A stretch of DNA of 64,000 nucleotides from Geosiphon pyriformis uo1 (Eukaryota > Fungi > Glomeromycota), in NCBI GenBank assembly GCA_016748015.1, contig JAAOMT010000200.1:680984-744983 (forward strand). Direction: 5' to 3'. The notes below the pieces were generated by a model. It did not search any database and had not been told where the DNA came from. It saw nothing but the letters and a program-made list of their open reading frames with translations. Of this stretch, positions 39,001 through 51,198 are shown one piece after another. Position 1 is the stretch's first letter. Every line of letters starts with the position of its first letter. A program made the translations under genes and the position numbers.

Positions 39001-41777
39001 CAATTAATACATATTAGTCTTGAGGGTTGGTAAAATAAGTTTCTTTGGTCTGAGGTTATGTATCTTAGTAATGACGATTGGAATTCTTCTTCAGCTCTGC
39101 CTTTTCCTTTTTTTTCTCAGGTTAGTGGTGGAGGTAGTTCAGTTCGATAATCATCCACCCATGAAATCTGATAGGTCTCGATGGTTGGTGACATTGATGT
39201 GTCTTCAAATTCAATAAAGGGTTCCTTAATACGTTGGTTTTTAAAGTGTCCACACATAGCTGGAACTCGGACATGCTGTTCGTTGAACGTGAGTTGAAGT
39301 TTTTGGGTGTTTCAGTTAAGAGCAGCATTGGCTTTTGACAACCAGTCATTTCCTACTAAAGCTTGATATTGAGTAGCTTCCATGATGAGTACTTTAGTAG
39401 GGATTTGGATTCCATTAATCTTGAAGGGGAAGTTGTCAATTTCTCCTATTGGGGTTTTTGTGTTTCCATCTGCTGTAATGATCTGAGCAGTAGCAGCACA
39501 GTTTACTCAGTAACCTAGTTGGTCCATGAGCTGCTTCATGATTATGCTACTGGCTGATCCGCTATTCAGGATTAATTTAATGTCTATTCCTCCGACTCTG
39601 GCATTGGTATATAGGGCCATTATTGGTTTATCTTGATTGATGGCTGCTTCACTAAAAAGGCTATGTGTGTTTAAATTATCGATATTAAAAGGAAATATGG
39701 TGGCTAGGGTGGTGTCTTTGGTAATAGTGGCTGGTGAGATATTGCTTTTTGTTTGCTTGGAAGGTTGAGAGATTCGTTCTATATCTCCTCCTTCCACAGG
39801 TGTAGATTTATCAAAACCTTGGTCTTCTATAAGACTGAAATAGGAAGCTTGATTCGGGTATCCAGTTGGTGTTGGTCAAGATTGGGCAGGACCGCGAGGG
39901 ATTGGTTGAGACAGTCCACTGTTGGTTTGCACCTAATTGCTATTGAAATTCCTCCATCCCTGATTATAGTCTATAGCTTGAAGTCTGGATGGGCTGTAAG
40001 GGGAAGTTTAATAGTGAGGGATTGTTTGTGTCATTGGTGGTAGTTAATAATAATTCTGGGGTGGTGGTTGAGTGTATGGGACTTGTTGTGTGTATAAGGG
40101 TGGTTGATTCTGAGGTATGGAATATTGGGATACCATGTTTTGTTGATATCTGGGTTGCTGGTATGGATTTCCTTGATTTTGGTCCATGATCTTCCTTCTG
40201 CAGTCACAGACGATGTGTCCAGGTTTCTGGCAGTAGTAGCAGTTGTGGGGATCAGATCTCCAAGGTTGTTGCTGTTGCTGACAGTTTTGTTGCTGTGGGT
40301 ATCTGCTGTTATTGTTATTTTCTCTCCGTTGGGGTGGTTGGTAAGTTCCTGTAGTTCCAGCTAAGAATCTCTCAATTTTCTGAGTTAGTTTTTCACTCAA
40401 TTAGGTTATCTTTGCATCGATGTCAGAGGTTCCATTAATGGCTAAATTAATGGCTTAGGTATGGTTTGCTTCTTGTTCTGTAGACTCAAAATCATGAGCA
40501 AGAGTGATGGCGTCTTGTAAACTGGTCAGATGGCGGGGTCTTATGGATCTTAGAATACTACTTCGCAATTTTTTAATGAATTGATTAAGAACTTGCACCA
40601 TAGTGTAGTAGTCCCTTTCGATAACTAATATTTGACACAGGATTTGATTGAATTGTCTGAGATAAGTAGTTACTGCTTCGTGATTTTTTTGTTTAATTAT
40701 GCTGAATTGATTCTGCAATCAGATTAATGTATTGGAGTCACAGAAGTATTGCAGAAATGCGAGTTTAAACTCAGTAAAGAAGGTAGGCTTCTCTGCTAGG
40801 CTCTGGTACTACAAATTGGCGGTTCCGGTCAGAAAGAACAGCAGTGCCTGAACTGTGTGGTTGTTGTTCCAACCATTAGCGGTAATTGCTTTCTCGGCAT
40901 CCACGATCCAAGAATATGCATTATCTTCTTTACCAGAGAATTTTTTTAATTTAACAATATCCCGGTAAGCCATAATCTGGTTAATGGGTGGGGTGTTACT
41001 AGTTATGTTTAAAGGGATTGGTGTCCGCGTATTCGAGTGTTCTCCGGGTGCTAATACTGGTTGCTTTCCTTTGTCACTTGAACCAATAGGTTGTAAGATA
41101 GCTGTTTCTTCCGTCAGAGGAGATGCTGATTCTGCTAGGTTTTGTGCTGGTGGCTGTTCCCAAGTTGATGAGTTTCCTTCTGTTTGACTGGCTGCTGGGG
41201 TAAGATTTCCAAACAGCAATCCGTATTTTTCTAGTAATTTGGTCCAACTGTGTTGATTCCAAGGGTGTGAATTTCCAGGAGTTCGTGGTGTTTCCAACTG
41301 GGTTTCCAGGGGTGGGTTGAATACAATTCTACTTTGGGGTGTCTGATGATATGAGAAAGTTGTTGGGAAGAGGACCCTTGGTTTTTTGTTGACCATGGAC
41401 TTGGCTTGGGCAGTTATGGGGTTGTTGGATTTGTTTTCATATTCCTCAGAGTTGGATTCCACTGGTTGTTGTACTTGAGGGAATCGTTGTGCCACGTAAT
41501 ATTTAATGTCTGTATCGATTATACACAGAGTTTCAGTGATTGCTCAGGTAGTTGTGGCTGTTGAGTACCCTAGTAAGCTTTGATGGATTTGTTCTCCAAG
41601 TCTTCCTATATCAGTTGCGCGGCCTAACAAGCAGTCAATTTTTGCGTTGATATAGTTACAAAAATCACTTTCTGCATAAGTGGTTCCTGCTGGTATTCCT
41701 AGGTCTTTTCGAAAGTATTGAAATAGTGCTTTTCTGTATGAGGAGTGGTCTTTTCCTATTGTTCTAATAGTCACCAC
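36003..41777 (-). pseudogene. Element D gag-pol (GTG 41777, capsid ATG 40973, CCHC, PR, Cys-rich domain, dUTPase about 37815-38240, RT, RNase H)
   Basis: IMAYRDIVKLKKF; CYYCQKPGHIVCDC; LILNSGS; ASFDL/SSLAKKG/KIAQ; YLDN; TDAS; NADSLSRMPQT then TAA. Confidence 0.93.
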
Positions 41778-41821
41778 TTTTATGTATTTTTGGGGGTGCT
41801 CTGTCTCTGTGGATTTATAAT

Positions 41822-41837
41822 CTCACAGAGAACACCA
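41822..41837 (-). other. Primer-binding site of element D
   Basis: TGGTGTTCTCTGTGAG, 2 nt inside the 5' LTR end. Confidence 0.85.
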
Positions 41838-41839
41838 AA

Positions 41840-42928
41840 TGTTATGGGTAAACTTGGTGGGTATGGGAAATGGTAACGTTTGGTGCTCTCAATTATTGAT
41901 GATGCATCTTCTGCGTAATTTTGTTGGCTTAGTTTTGATTATCAGTCTCTGAAGGTCTATTCCTGGATGTGAATTTTACCCGTTGAGTTCTTTGGTTATA
42001 AGGCACAAAGTTTGTCTTTCATCAATTACAACATTTTTCGTAAATGTAAGCTTTCTTCTCCAAGCTAACAAGTGCAGTTGTTAGGGTCTGGTGTTGTCTT
42101 TTCACTCTTCTGGTAAGCTAACAAGATAATGTTAATATCCAAAACTTAGGGAGAGCTTTTCTCTTTTACCAGGCTATTACGAAGTCTATTCTCAGACAGT
42201 CAATTTTACTATGTTGCCGCTCCACAAAAAAATAAGACAGAAAAAGAAAGAAAAAGAAAAAGAAAAGAAAAGAGAGAAAAGATAAATTAGTATTGTCAAT
42301 CGTCGTGATCAAGAGCGATTGGTCCAAATTATTAATAGGTTCGAGGTGGTTATGCTAAGAGCATCTGTTCTAGATTGGAGGTACGAGACAAGAGTTAATT
42401 CACGTAAATTCTACGAAGTTCGAGAACATAAATTCATGATTCTGATTTCTTTTAATAATTGGTTTATTTCAGGAAATGAAATAAGGAAGATAATAAAGGA
42501 TAAAGGGGTATGGATATTTTAATTTCTGGTCTAGAAGTTTGTATCTAATTTTTTTTTCTCTGTCTTTTCTCACTTCTATAACTACTTGCTTTTATACATT
42601 CTTTTGGTTTTACAGGATTGCTTTCAATTGTCTCGCTATCACTAGCTATTGCTTTGTTGTTTCTGTTATTGCTTCGTTTTTCTATATTATCACTAGTTAT
42701 CCTATGTTATAACACATTATCTGACATTATTACATGTTATTCTGTGTTATCCTGCATTATAACATGTTATTCTATGTTATTGCGCACTATTCTGTGTTAT
42801 CCTGCATTATAACATGTTATCCAATATTATAACACGTTATCCAATATTATTGTGCATTATTCTGTGTTATGTCACGTTTTGGTCACGTTTCTTCATAACT
42901 TTAGATCAGTTTTTCTACTCGGATAACA
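41840..42928 (-). repeat. 5' LTR of element D (1089 bp)
   Basis: TGTTA...TAACA termini; collinear with the 3' LTR. Confidence 0.94.
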
Positions 42929-42932
42929 CCAA

Positions 42933-44600
42933 AAAGAATAGATGTGGCTGATTTTGGATGTGATTGGAGTTTCCCTGATTGTTGCATCATTGTGGCAGTT
43001 GATAGACTGCTCGATTGTCAGTTAAGTACTCCTTTAATTTTTGATTGATGGAATCACTGAATTGTTTCAATTTAGAATCCAATTCAGATGATCTATTCAT
43101 TACTAGATTAACAGCTTGGACGTGGTTAGCTTCGAGTTCGGCTGCTTCAAAATCTCTGGTGTTAGTAACAGCTGCTTGTAAATCTGCTGGATGTAGTGGA
43201 CGTACACGCTGGAGAATACTACTGCATAAGCCTCTGATAAATTGATTCAACACTTGAGCCACTATGAAATAATCAGCGTTAATAGCTTGGATCTGGCACA
43301 GGCATCTATGGAATTGTCCCAAGTACATGGTAACAGCTTCAGTGTCCTCTTGTTTAATGGTAATGAAAGTATTTACCAAACAGTTGATACTATTATTATT
43401 ACTGAAATATCTTAGGAACTCCTGCTTAAATGCGTCGAACGTTTGAGGTTTTGCAACTAAGCTTTGATACCATGAATCTGCAGTATCTTGGAGAAAATAT
43501 GGAATTGCCTGAAGAGCTTTGTCGTCATTCTAATTGTTTGCCGTGATTGCTTTGGCAACATCATTCAACCAAGCTTGAGCATCATCCTCTTTACTGGTAA
43601 ATTTTTCTAATTTGGCAATTGGTGCATAGGCCATCAGTACTATAGGTTGCTGGGGCTGTTGAGGCGGCTGTTGCTGAAGTTGTTGAAGAGGTAATGGTTG
43701 TTGAGATGGTACTTGAGGTGGTTGAATTGGCTCACTGATTGGCTCGATTGGTGATTGATCGATGACAATAACTGGAGGTAGGTTTTGCTGATGAATTAAG
43801 TTGGGGTTTTGATTTTTTTGATTTGGCAGGGTTTGAATATTCAGAGTTTCGATTTTCGGATTTTCTAAATGTTGCTGAGTTTGAATGTTTGGGTTTTCTA
43901 GGATCAGGTTTTGGTAATTAAATTCCTGATCCTTGTCTTTTTCTTCTTCTGATTTAGTAATTTTCCAGGGACTGACAGTTCCGAAATCTGGTTGATGAGG
44001 CAGTGATCAAAACCCTGATGGTGTTGGTAATCTCGATTTAAATCCTTCAAAATAATTGCCATATGCTCCTAATAGTTTGTTTGTTTTTTGTTTACTCTGA
44101 AATGTGATTTTTGCTAGTGGTATCTTTATACTGGTGAATGCGTCTGCTAATGTGATGTTGATGGTACTTCTGGGCATGTGATAGTATAATGAATGTATCG
44201 GAAATTCAATTTTTTGTTTCTTTCAGTTAAGAATTTGTATTTTTTTAGGTGTTACTGCTGGTGTCTGTAGTTTTTTTTTGCTTTTGTTCTAGTAAGTAAT
44301 AGAGAATGTTCTTTGCGTATATTTTTCAATTTCTTGGTTGATTTCTCTGATGATAAGTGCAAAGCTGTGATTTCTTGATAAGTTGGTGTGTTAGATTAGT
44401 TCTGAATAGAAATTTTCTCTTGCTGATTCAATGTCAACTGGTCTTCCTAGGAAATCTGTGATTTTTTCGTTGACATAGAAGTTAAAAGCTAATTTTGCTG
44501 GGTAATGGTTGTTGTTTAGGCCTAGCTGCTGGCTGTAGTGTTGAAATAAAGATTTCGTAAATCCTAAATGGTTTGTTCCTATTATTTCTGATTCTGCCAC
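42933..44600 (-). pseudogene. Element C gag 5' part (GTG 44600 extension, capsid ATG 43634)
   Basis: VAESEIIG...; MAYAPIAKLEKFTSKEDDAQAWLNDVAKAI; QFIRGL. Confidence 0.9.
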
Positions 44601-44644
44601 TTTTGGTTTGGTGTTGTTGGTGCTGGTTTTCTGTAGAATTATAT

Positions 44645-44660
44645 CTTACAGAGAGCACCA
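44645..44660 (-). other. Primer-binding site of element C
   Basis: TGGTGCTCTCTGTAAG, 2 nt inside the 5' LTR end. Confidence 0.85.
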
Positions 44661-44662
44661 AA

Positions 44663-45485
44663 TGTTACAGATAATTATTTCTGGTTTGGGAATAAATAAC
44701 AAACCTGTAACTTGGTGCTCAAAAGCTATTGATTTCTGTTAATGTTGGTATTGGTAATCTGAAGGTTCTGATATCTGAAGGTTTTGGGTTGAGTTTTTTG
44801 TATAATGGACAGAGATTCAATTATAATTGTAATAGTCTTCAGAATTGCAATTCCGTCCAATTTCTTTCTCAGCATGGAGGCCAGATTTATTCTGGCAGTC
44901 GTGCCTTTCTGGTAAGCTATCCGATAATATATAAAATTCTACCCTTATTTCTGGGTCTTTTATCAGACTATCCGTGACGTCAATAACTCAGTGCTTTTAA
45001 TTCTTAATCAATTAGTATACAACAACAAAACAAAGACTGAAAAGAAAAAAAAGAAAGAAAAGAAAGAAAGCAAAAAATATAAAATAAAGCCAATAAGCTA
45101 AGGCGATTCTAATTTGTATCTTATCAATAATGGTGATCAAGAGCTATTGTTTTAGTATGATTAAGTATGTGCTACTATCTACATAAAATGTTGATAGTTG
45201 AGAATGGATTTGAGATAGTGAATAATTATTTATTTAATATTTGTAATGTGGAAGGTTGCTTAGGTTTTAAACTAAACTGGATGTCCTTCTTTCTACTCCT
45301 AACGCTATCCCTATATATACATAATTGAGATTTTTCAATTCTTCAATTCTTCACAATAGGAATCCTGGAATTTCTAGAATCCTGCAATTCTTAATGAGAG
45401 GAATCCTGGAATTCCACATTTTACTACATCTACTCTGATTGGCTAATTTATATCTTAATATAATTTCTATAATTTATGAGTAACA
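44663..45485 (-). repeat. 5' LTR of element C (823 bp)
   Basis: TGTTA...TAACA termini; collinear with 15120-15993. Confidence 0.93.
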
Positions 45486-45489
45486 ACAG

Positions 45490-48400
45490 CCAAACCAAGG
45501 CTTGATAATCTGTTACTACTAAAAATTTTGCACCAAGAAGATATTGATCCCAATAACTAGTAGTCCAAACTACTACTAAACATTCTTGTTTAGTAACTGA
45601 ATAGTTTTTTTTTGCTGGTGTAAAAGATCTATTGGCATATGCTATAACATATTCTTTCCTATCTTCATCTTTTTGTGAAAGAACAGCACCAAGTCTATAG
45701 TTAGATGTATCAATATGGAGGATAAAAGGTTGGTCCAAATCAAATTGTTTGAGAATTGGTTTAATAACAAGTTTTTCCTTTAGAATTTTAAAAGCTTTTT
45801 GTTGATAAGTGCCCCAGTGATAATTAACATTTTTTCTGAATAGCTGGTTGAGTGGAAAGACAATTTTGGAGAAATTTTTAATGAATTTACAATAGTAAGA
45901 AGCCAAACCAAAGAAAAAGCATAGTTCAAGAACATTTATTGGTTGTCTAATTTTTTGAACTTTTTCAACCTTAGCTGGATTAGGGAAGATTCCATCTTTT
46001 GTAATAAGATAACTAAAAAACTGGGTAAATTGATGTCCAAAGAAAAATTTAATTGGATTGATTTTGAGGCCAGCATTTCTGAGCAGATCAAAAACTTTTT
46101 GCAAGTGTTCAAAGTGTTTATCCCAGGTTTTTGAGTAGACTATTATGTTATCTAAGTAAACCAGAACAAAGTTTTCTTTTACTGATTCAAATACTTTGTT
46201 TATTAAGCATTGAAAGATGAGAGAGGCATTGGTAAAACCAAAAGACATAACTGTAAATTAATAGGTGCCATACTTGGTAATGAAAGCAGTTTTTTTTCTG
46301 CTTTCTAGATCTATCTCTACTTGTCAGAATTCAGCAGTTAAGTCAATGGTTGAGAAGAAAGCAGCACCATTGAATTTATTTAACATTGCATCAATTTTGG
46401 GAAGTAGATGCATGTCTCTTATAGTAATAATATTTAATTAACAATAGTTGATACAGAAGCATAGAGTTCCACCTTTCTTGAATACCACTACAACTGGAAA
46501 TGCCTATTTACTCTTGGTTTCTTGTATAAATCCAAGATCTTTCATCCAGTTTATTTTTTTTTTGATGAACTCATTATTGTGTTTATTGGATTAATAAGAC
46601 TTTAAATAGATGGAATAAGTTTTTTTTGTAGTAATGATGTGTTATATCACATGGGTTTGTTTAGGAGTATTATTTTTTTTAAGATAACTAGACTATTTCT
46701 AGTCAACAAATTTTTAATGTTTACTTTTTTTTCTTTAGGGGAAGGTTCTCTTTGTTCTATAATTAGTAATTGGATTTCAGGTGGTTCATTTTCAAAGGAC
46801 TTTTGTACTTCTTTTAGTTTTTTTCTGGGTATCAAACTAATTGGCTCCCAATCTTTGTAATAAATTAGGCAGGATTTGCATTCATCACTAGGAGAATACA
46901 AAGGTTTATCACACCAGCACTGGGCACAAGGACCATGCCACCAATAACTGTATTTTGCTTTTTTGTCAGGCTTTCTGTCAAAAGTTCTTTTGAGAATATC
47001 ATAGTAGGACCAGCAAATCAGCTTGTCATTTACCATGATTCTTTCTTTATCTGCTTTGACATTATCTAATGGCTTGTTATTGCTGGTAAAAATAGTATAG
47101 GCAAATTCAGTAGTTTCTTCTTGTTTATCTTGTTTATCTTCTTCTTCACTTTCTTTATTATCTGATTCATCTGATTGCTCTTCTTCTTGGCTTTGTTTGG
47201 ATACTGGAGGAGTTGTCCAATGGTGACACTTAACCATAATGGGTTTTTCACTATATCTGATGGTCAGTTTACAGAGTTCATAATCAAACAAGGCTTTTGC
47301 TTTCTTGAATTATTCATTGCCAACTATTATGGTGTATTCTTTTGCTTCAGATACTTCTATGTCAGTTTCAATGCTAATACTATTAATTCAGACAGAAACA
47401 GCTTTGGCTATGCTCAGACCTTTCTTTTTGTTACTATGTACATTGATTATTGGTCTTATAGATGGTTTATCAATCTTTCTGCCAATTGTTTCTAAGAAGT
47501 GTTTGGCAATGATACTAACAGATAATCTACTATTCAGGATCAGATCAATGAAATAACCAGCCACTTGGGCTTTACAAATAAGAGAGATAATATTGCTGTT
47601 GTCAGCAAGTTCAGTTTGGTGTGAGCATTTGTTTGGTGTCTTTTTCTTGGGAATCAAAGATTTGTAAAGGTTTTTTCTGAATTGGGGATAAGTCATTAAC
47701 TGGCCAAAAATAATGTGAGCAGACATTTCCATGAGATTTTTGACAACAGAATAAGAACCAGATTTTTGTACTATTTTTGGGGGTTCTAACTTTGGAGAAT
47801 TCTTGAAAACTTTGGCCTTTGGTGGTTCATTGTTATCAGCAGTTGATTTGAATGCTTTGTTTAGGTCCAAAACGAAATTAATTTTGGCTTTTTTCTTCTT
47901 TCTTGTTGATTCAGAAGTGTTAATTGCTAGTTCATTCATGTCATAATCATCATCAGTTAGGTTAAAAGCATAAAAAGAGTTTTCTTCAAGTTGGCTTGTA
48001 CTCTCACCCTTTGGAGGTGTGCTTATTAGTTTAAAGACTAATAAATAGTGACTTCAACTAAGGGATCCTTTCCAAAAAAATTGATGTTGGCATAATTGGG
48101 TCTTTGGTTGAGAACATTGTTGTTGATGGTTTTGTTGTTTTGATTGTCATTGTTTTTGGGAGCTGGAGGAAACAAAAGAGAATTATTACAATCTCTGGAG
48201 AAATGTTCAGTTAATCTACAGTGATAACACACAGGTGGGTCATGATTTTGCTGTCTTTGATAAGGGGGTTGCTAGAATTGATTAAAATGGGATTCAAATT
48301 TGGGTCTTTAGGGTTGTTGATTCTCTCTGACTGTTTGGGCTAAGGGTTCCAGTAATCAAACAAGATTAGCTGTGAGTCTATCTATTAACTGTTTTTTTGG

Positions 48401-49092
48401 GTCTTGAGTTTGGGCAGCAAAAGAGGTAACAAGAGCCATAACAAGAACAGGAGCAAAAACTAGAAGTGTGAATCCCAAGTGCATCCTTTGGTTGTCTTTA
48501 ATTCATTGGGCAAGTTTAATGGCTATGTCCATTATGGAATTGTTTTTTAGAGCCAGGAGAAACCAAAAAGTATAGGACAGATCTGTTCTTAATCCTTTTG
48601 TAAAAAAATGAATTTTTTGCTCTTCTGTTCAGTTTCTTCCAAAGTCTACTCTTTTAATTAACTTTCTGATGGCTTTGGCATATTCAGGTACCACTTCATC
48701 AAGACCTTGGGTTTTTCTTTCTAGTTCTATGTACCATTTAGATATTAAGATAAGAGTTCTAAAGTTTATTTCAAACTGAGTAGTAAAAGAAGTATTGTCT
48801 TTTTCAGCATTTGCTGGTGCTTATCTAATGATTTTTTGCTGAGCATTGGCATTGGTTTTTTGTGAAAACCAAGTAGCAAAAAAGCCTTAAAGATAGCTAC
48901 CAACAATTTGGAACTTATATTCATTATTATATTGATTGGCTGTGGTCACTCTTCAAAGTCATCCAACTATTTAATTGGATCTTGTGTATTACCTCTAAAT
49001 AAGAGTAATGGAGTGTTATTTCTTTTTTCCAAAGCAGTTTGTATGCCTTGGAGGGCAATCAGAATGTTCTGTTGCATAGAATCATTAGCCAT
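45490..49092 (-). pseudogene. Element B gag-pol (capsid ATG 49092, CCHC, PR, acidic plus small Cys linker, RT, most of RNase H); no dUTPase
   Basis: CYHCRLTEHFSRDC; LILNSRLS; CAQCWC..ECKSC; FGFTNASLIFQ, YLDN, IDTS, TDYQ. Confidence 0.9.
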
Positions 49093-49587
49093 TGGTTCAG
49101 AAGTTACTGTTTAAGTAGAATAATTTGATTTACTTGAGAAAAAATCAAAAACAGGAGCAGTTTGATAGCTTTTTTTTCTGTTTTAAGAGAAGTTTTAGTT
49201 GATTAATAAGCAGCAATCTAAGTATGGATTTGATGATTCAAATATTCGAAATTAGGGGGCTGTTGTTTAAAGGTTGTGAAATATAAAAGCTGATTGATGC
49301 TATTGTTTTTTTCTTTAAAGTTGTCTTCAAAATAAGCTTAATTAAAGTAATAAGTTGTATAGGCTGTGTAGGTTTCAGCTGAATGCTTGTTTAAGAACCA
49401 GTTCCAAAAGTCTTGGAATTGTCTGCTGAATTGTTCTTCAATGGAAAAACAAATTAAGCAGGGGGGCAAAAAATTGAGTTTAATAAAATCTAGATTGTTT
49501 TTGTTGTGTGCTTTAAAGTGTTCTTTTGATTATTATGGCAGGTATGAATAATTACCCATACAATAGGAAACAAAGTGGATTTTAACA

Positions 49588-49605
49588 ACCTCACAAAGAA
49601 CACCA
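49588..49605 (-). other. Primer-binding site of element B
   Basis: TGGTGTTCTTTGTGAGG after a 6-nt spacer (TAAAAG) from the LTR. Confidence 0.8.
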
Positions 49606-49611
49606 CTTTTA

Positions 49612-50297
49612 TGTTATGGATTGGAGTAACAAGCTAACAGATAGCAAGGAAAAACAGAATTGTAAGGTAATGAAAATAATCAAAAGAATTCAACTTCAAA
49701 GAGCGAATTGAATGAGTATGGATTTAATGTGTGAGATCAGTCTCATAAAATATCTCAGTCACTATTTTTTTCAAAAGATAACTGAAGAATTTAAAAGTAG
49801 AAAGATAGTCTGTACTATCAACAAATAATCATATTTGGTATAATTTTATGTTTTATATTGGCACCTTTAGAATTTAATATCAAGTATCAGATGTGCTTTT
49901 TAGTCATGTTTTATTCAATAATTTTTAAATACTACACTTATACATTTTAAGAAAAAGGTAGAAAAATACCAATAAGTAATCTTTTATCCTAAGATGTTTA
50001 AATACTTAAAGATAAAAAAAGAAAAATTAGTAATAAGAGAATAATTAAAATAAAAGTTGTTATTTTATTTATTCTTGATTATTTTGAATATGCTTTTCTA
50101 CAGCTAAAAGATTCATCACTTATATAGCTATTAAAAGTGATCAATGATTAGATCAATGACTAAATCAATGATCAAGTCAATAATTAAGTTAATAATCAGG
50201 TTAATGATTACTATCTAAAAATAGAGTGGCTAATTATATGACATCAGTAATTAATACATGTAATAATTAATAAAAAGTATAGGTTTCAACTATAACA
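49612..50297 (-). repeat. 5' LTR of element B (686 bp; 36 bp, i.e. three 12-bp units, shorter than the 3' LTR)
   Basis: TGTTA...TAACA termini; collinear with 12212-12933. Confidence 0.92.
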
Positions 50298-51187
50298 ATA
50301 TTATAAAACAAAAATTTTATTTAATACTATTTGTTTTTTAGTTTATTTTTTATAATCTTATATATTTTAAATCTAATTTTTTTAAGTTTTAAAATCAACT
50401 TGTTTTTTATAATTAAATAATTTAAACCAAATTTTTAAACAGATATTTTAAAATATTTTTGATTATTAATTTTTATAATAATAAATAACTTAATTTTGAA
50501 TTTTTAATTATCAATAATTTATAAAATTTAAAAATTTAATAAGATTTTTTACATTAAACAAAACCAACTTAATATTTTAAATACTAAAATTTACATATAT
50601 TATGTTTTAAATTTTCAAAAATTTTTATTTATCAAAAAAAACCAACATATATTTAAATTTTTTAAACTTTAATTTCAATTTTTTAATAATTCTAAATACT
50701 AAAAGCTTTAACTTAAAAAAAAATTGTTTTTGTTTTTTTAAATTTATAAAATCAAGTTTTAAAAAACATTATTAATTAATAAACATATAATTTTTCAATA
50801 AATATTTATATTTTAAATTTAAAATTATTTGTATTTTTAATTTTATACTTTTAATAATTTTTATTATTTTGTTTTTACAAAATACTAATTATATATTTAA
50901 TAAATTATTTAAATCAAATAATATAAAATCTGTTTTGTAATTAGTTCTAATTATTAAATTAAACTTTTTAATTATGTAAAATTTTTGATCTTAAAAAATA
51001 ATTTAATAACAAATTTGATATTTAAATTTAACTAAGTAAAGTTAAAAAAAATGTAATTAAAAGTGACAATTTTTGGTATAGTTAAATAATAAAATAAATT
51101 TTAAAAAAACTTTATTTAACTTTTATAATATTATTAATTTGATTTTTAATATATTAAAAATATGTTTTTTTTATAATTGTAATTCTG
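50298..51187. other. Extremely AT-rich spacer
   Basis: Very few C/G; no ORF of 60 aa or more. Confidence 0.7.
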
Positions 51188-51198
51188 TTTTGAATTTT

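Noticed and set aside
41821-41837. tRNA gene ending in CCA
   Set aside because: Only 16-18 nt of tRNA 3'-end sequence adjacent to an LTR, so it is a PBS; no cloverleaf.
41828-41890. Tf1-type self-priming as the explanation of the U5 hairpin
   Set aside because: The anti-PBS arm is at the U5 end, far from the inferred TSS, and the PBS begins TGG and extends tRNA-like beyond the arm. tRNA priming is more parsimonious, though self-priming is not excluded.
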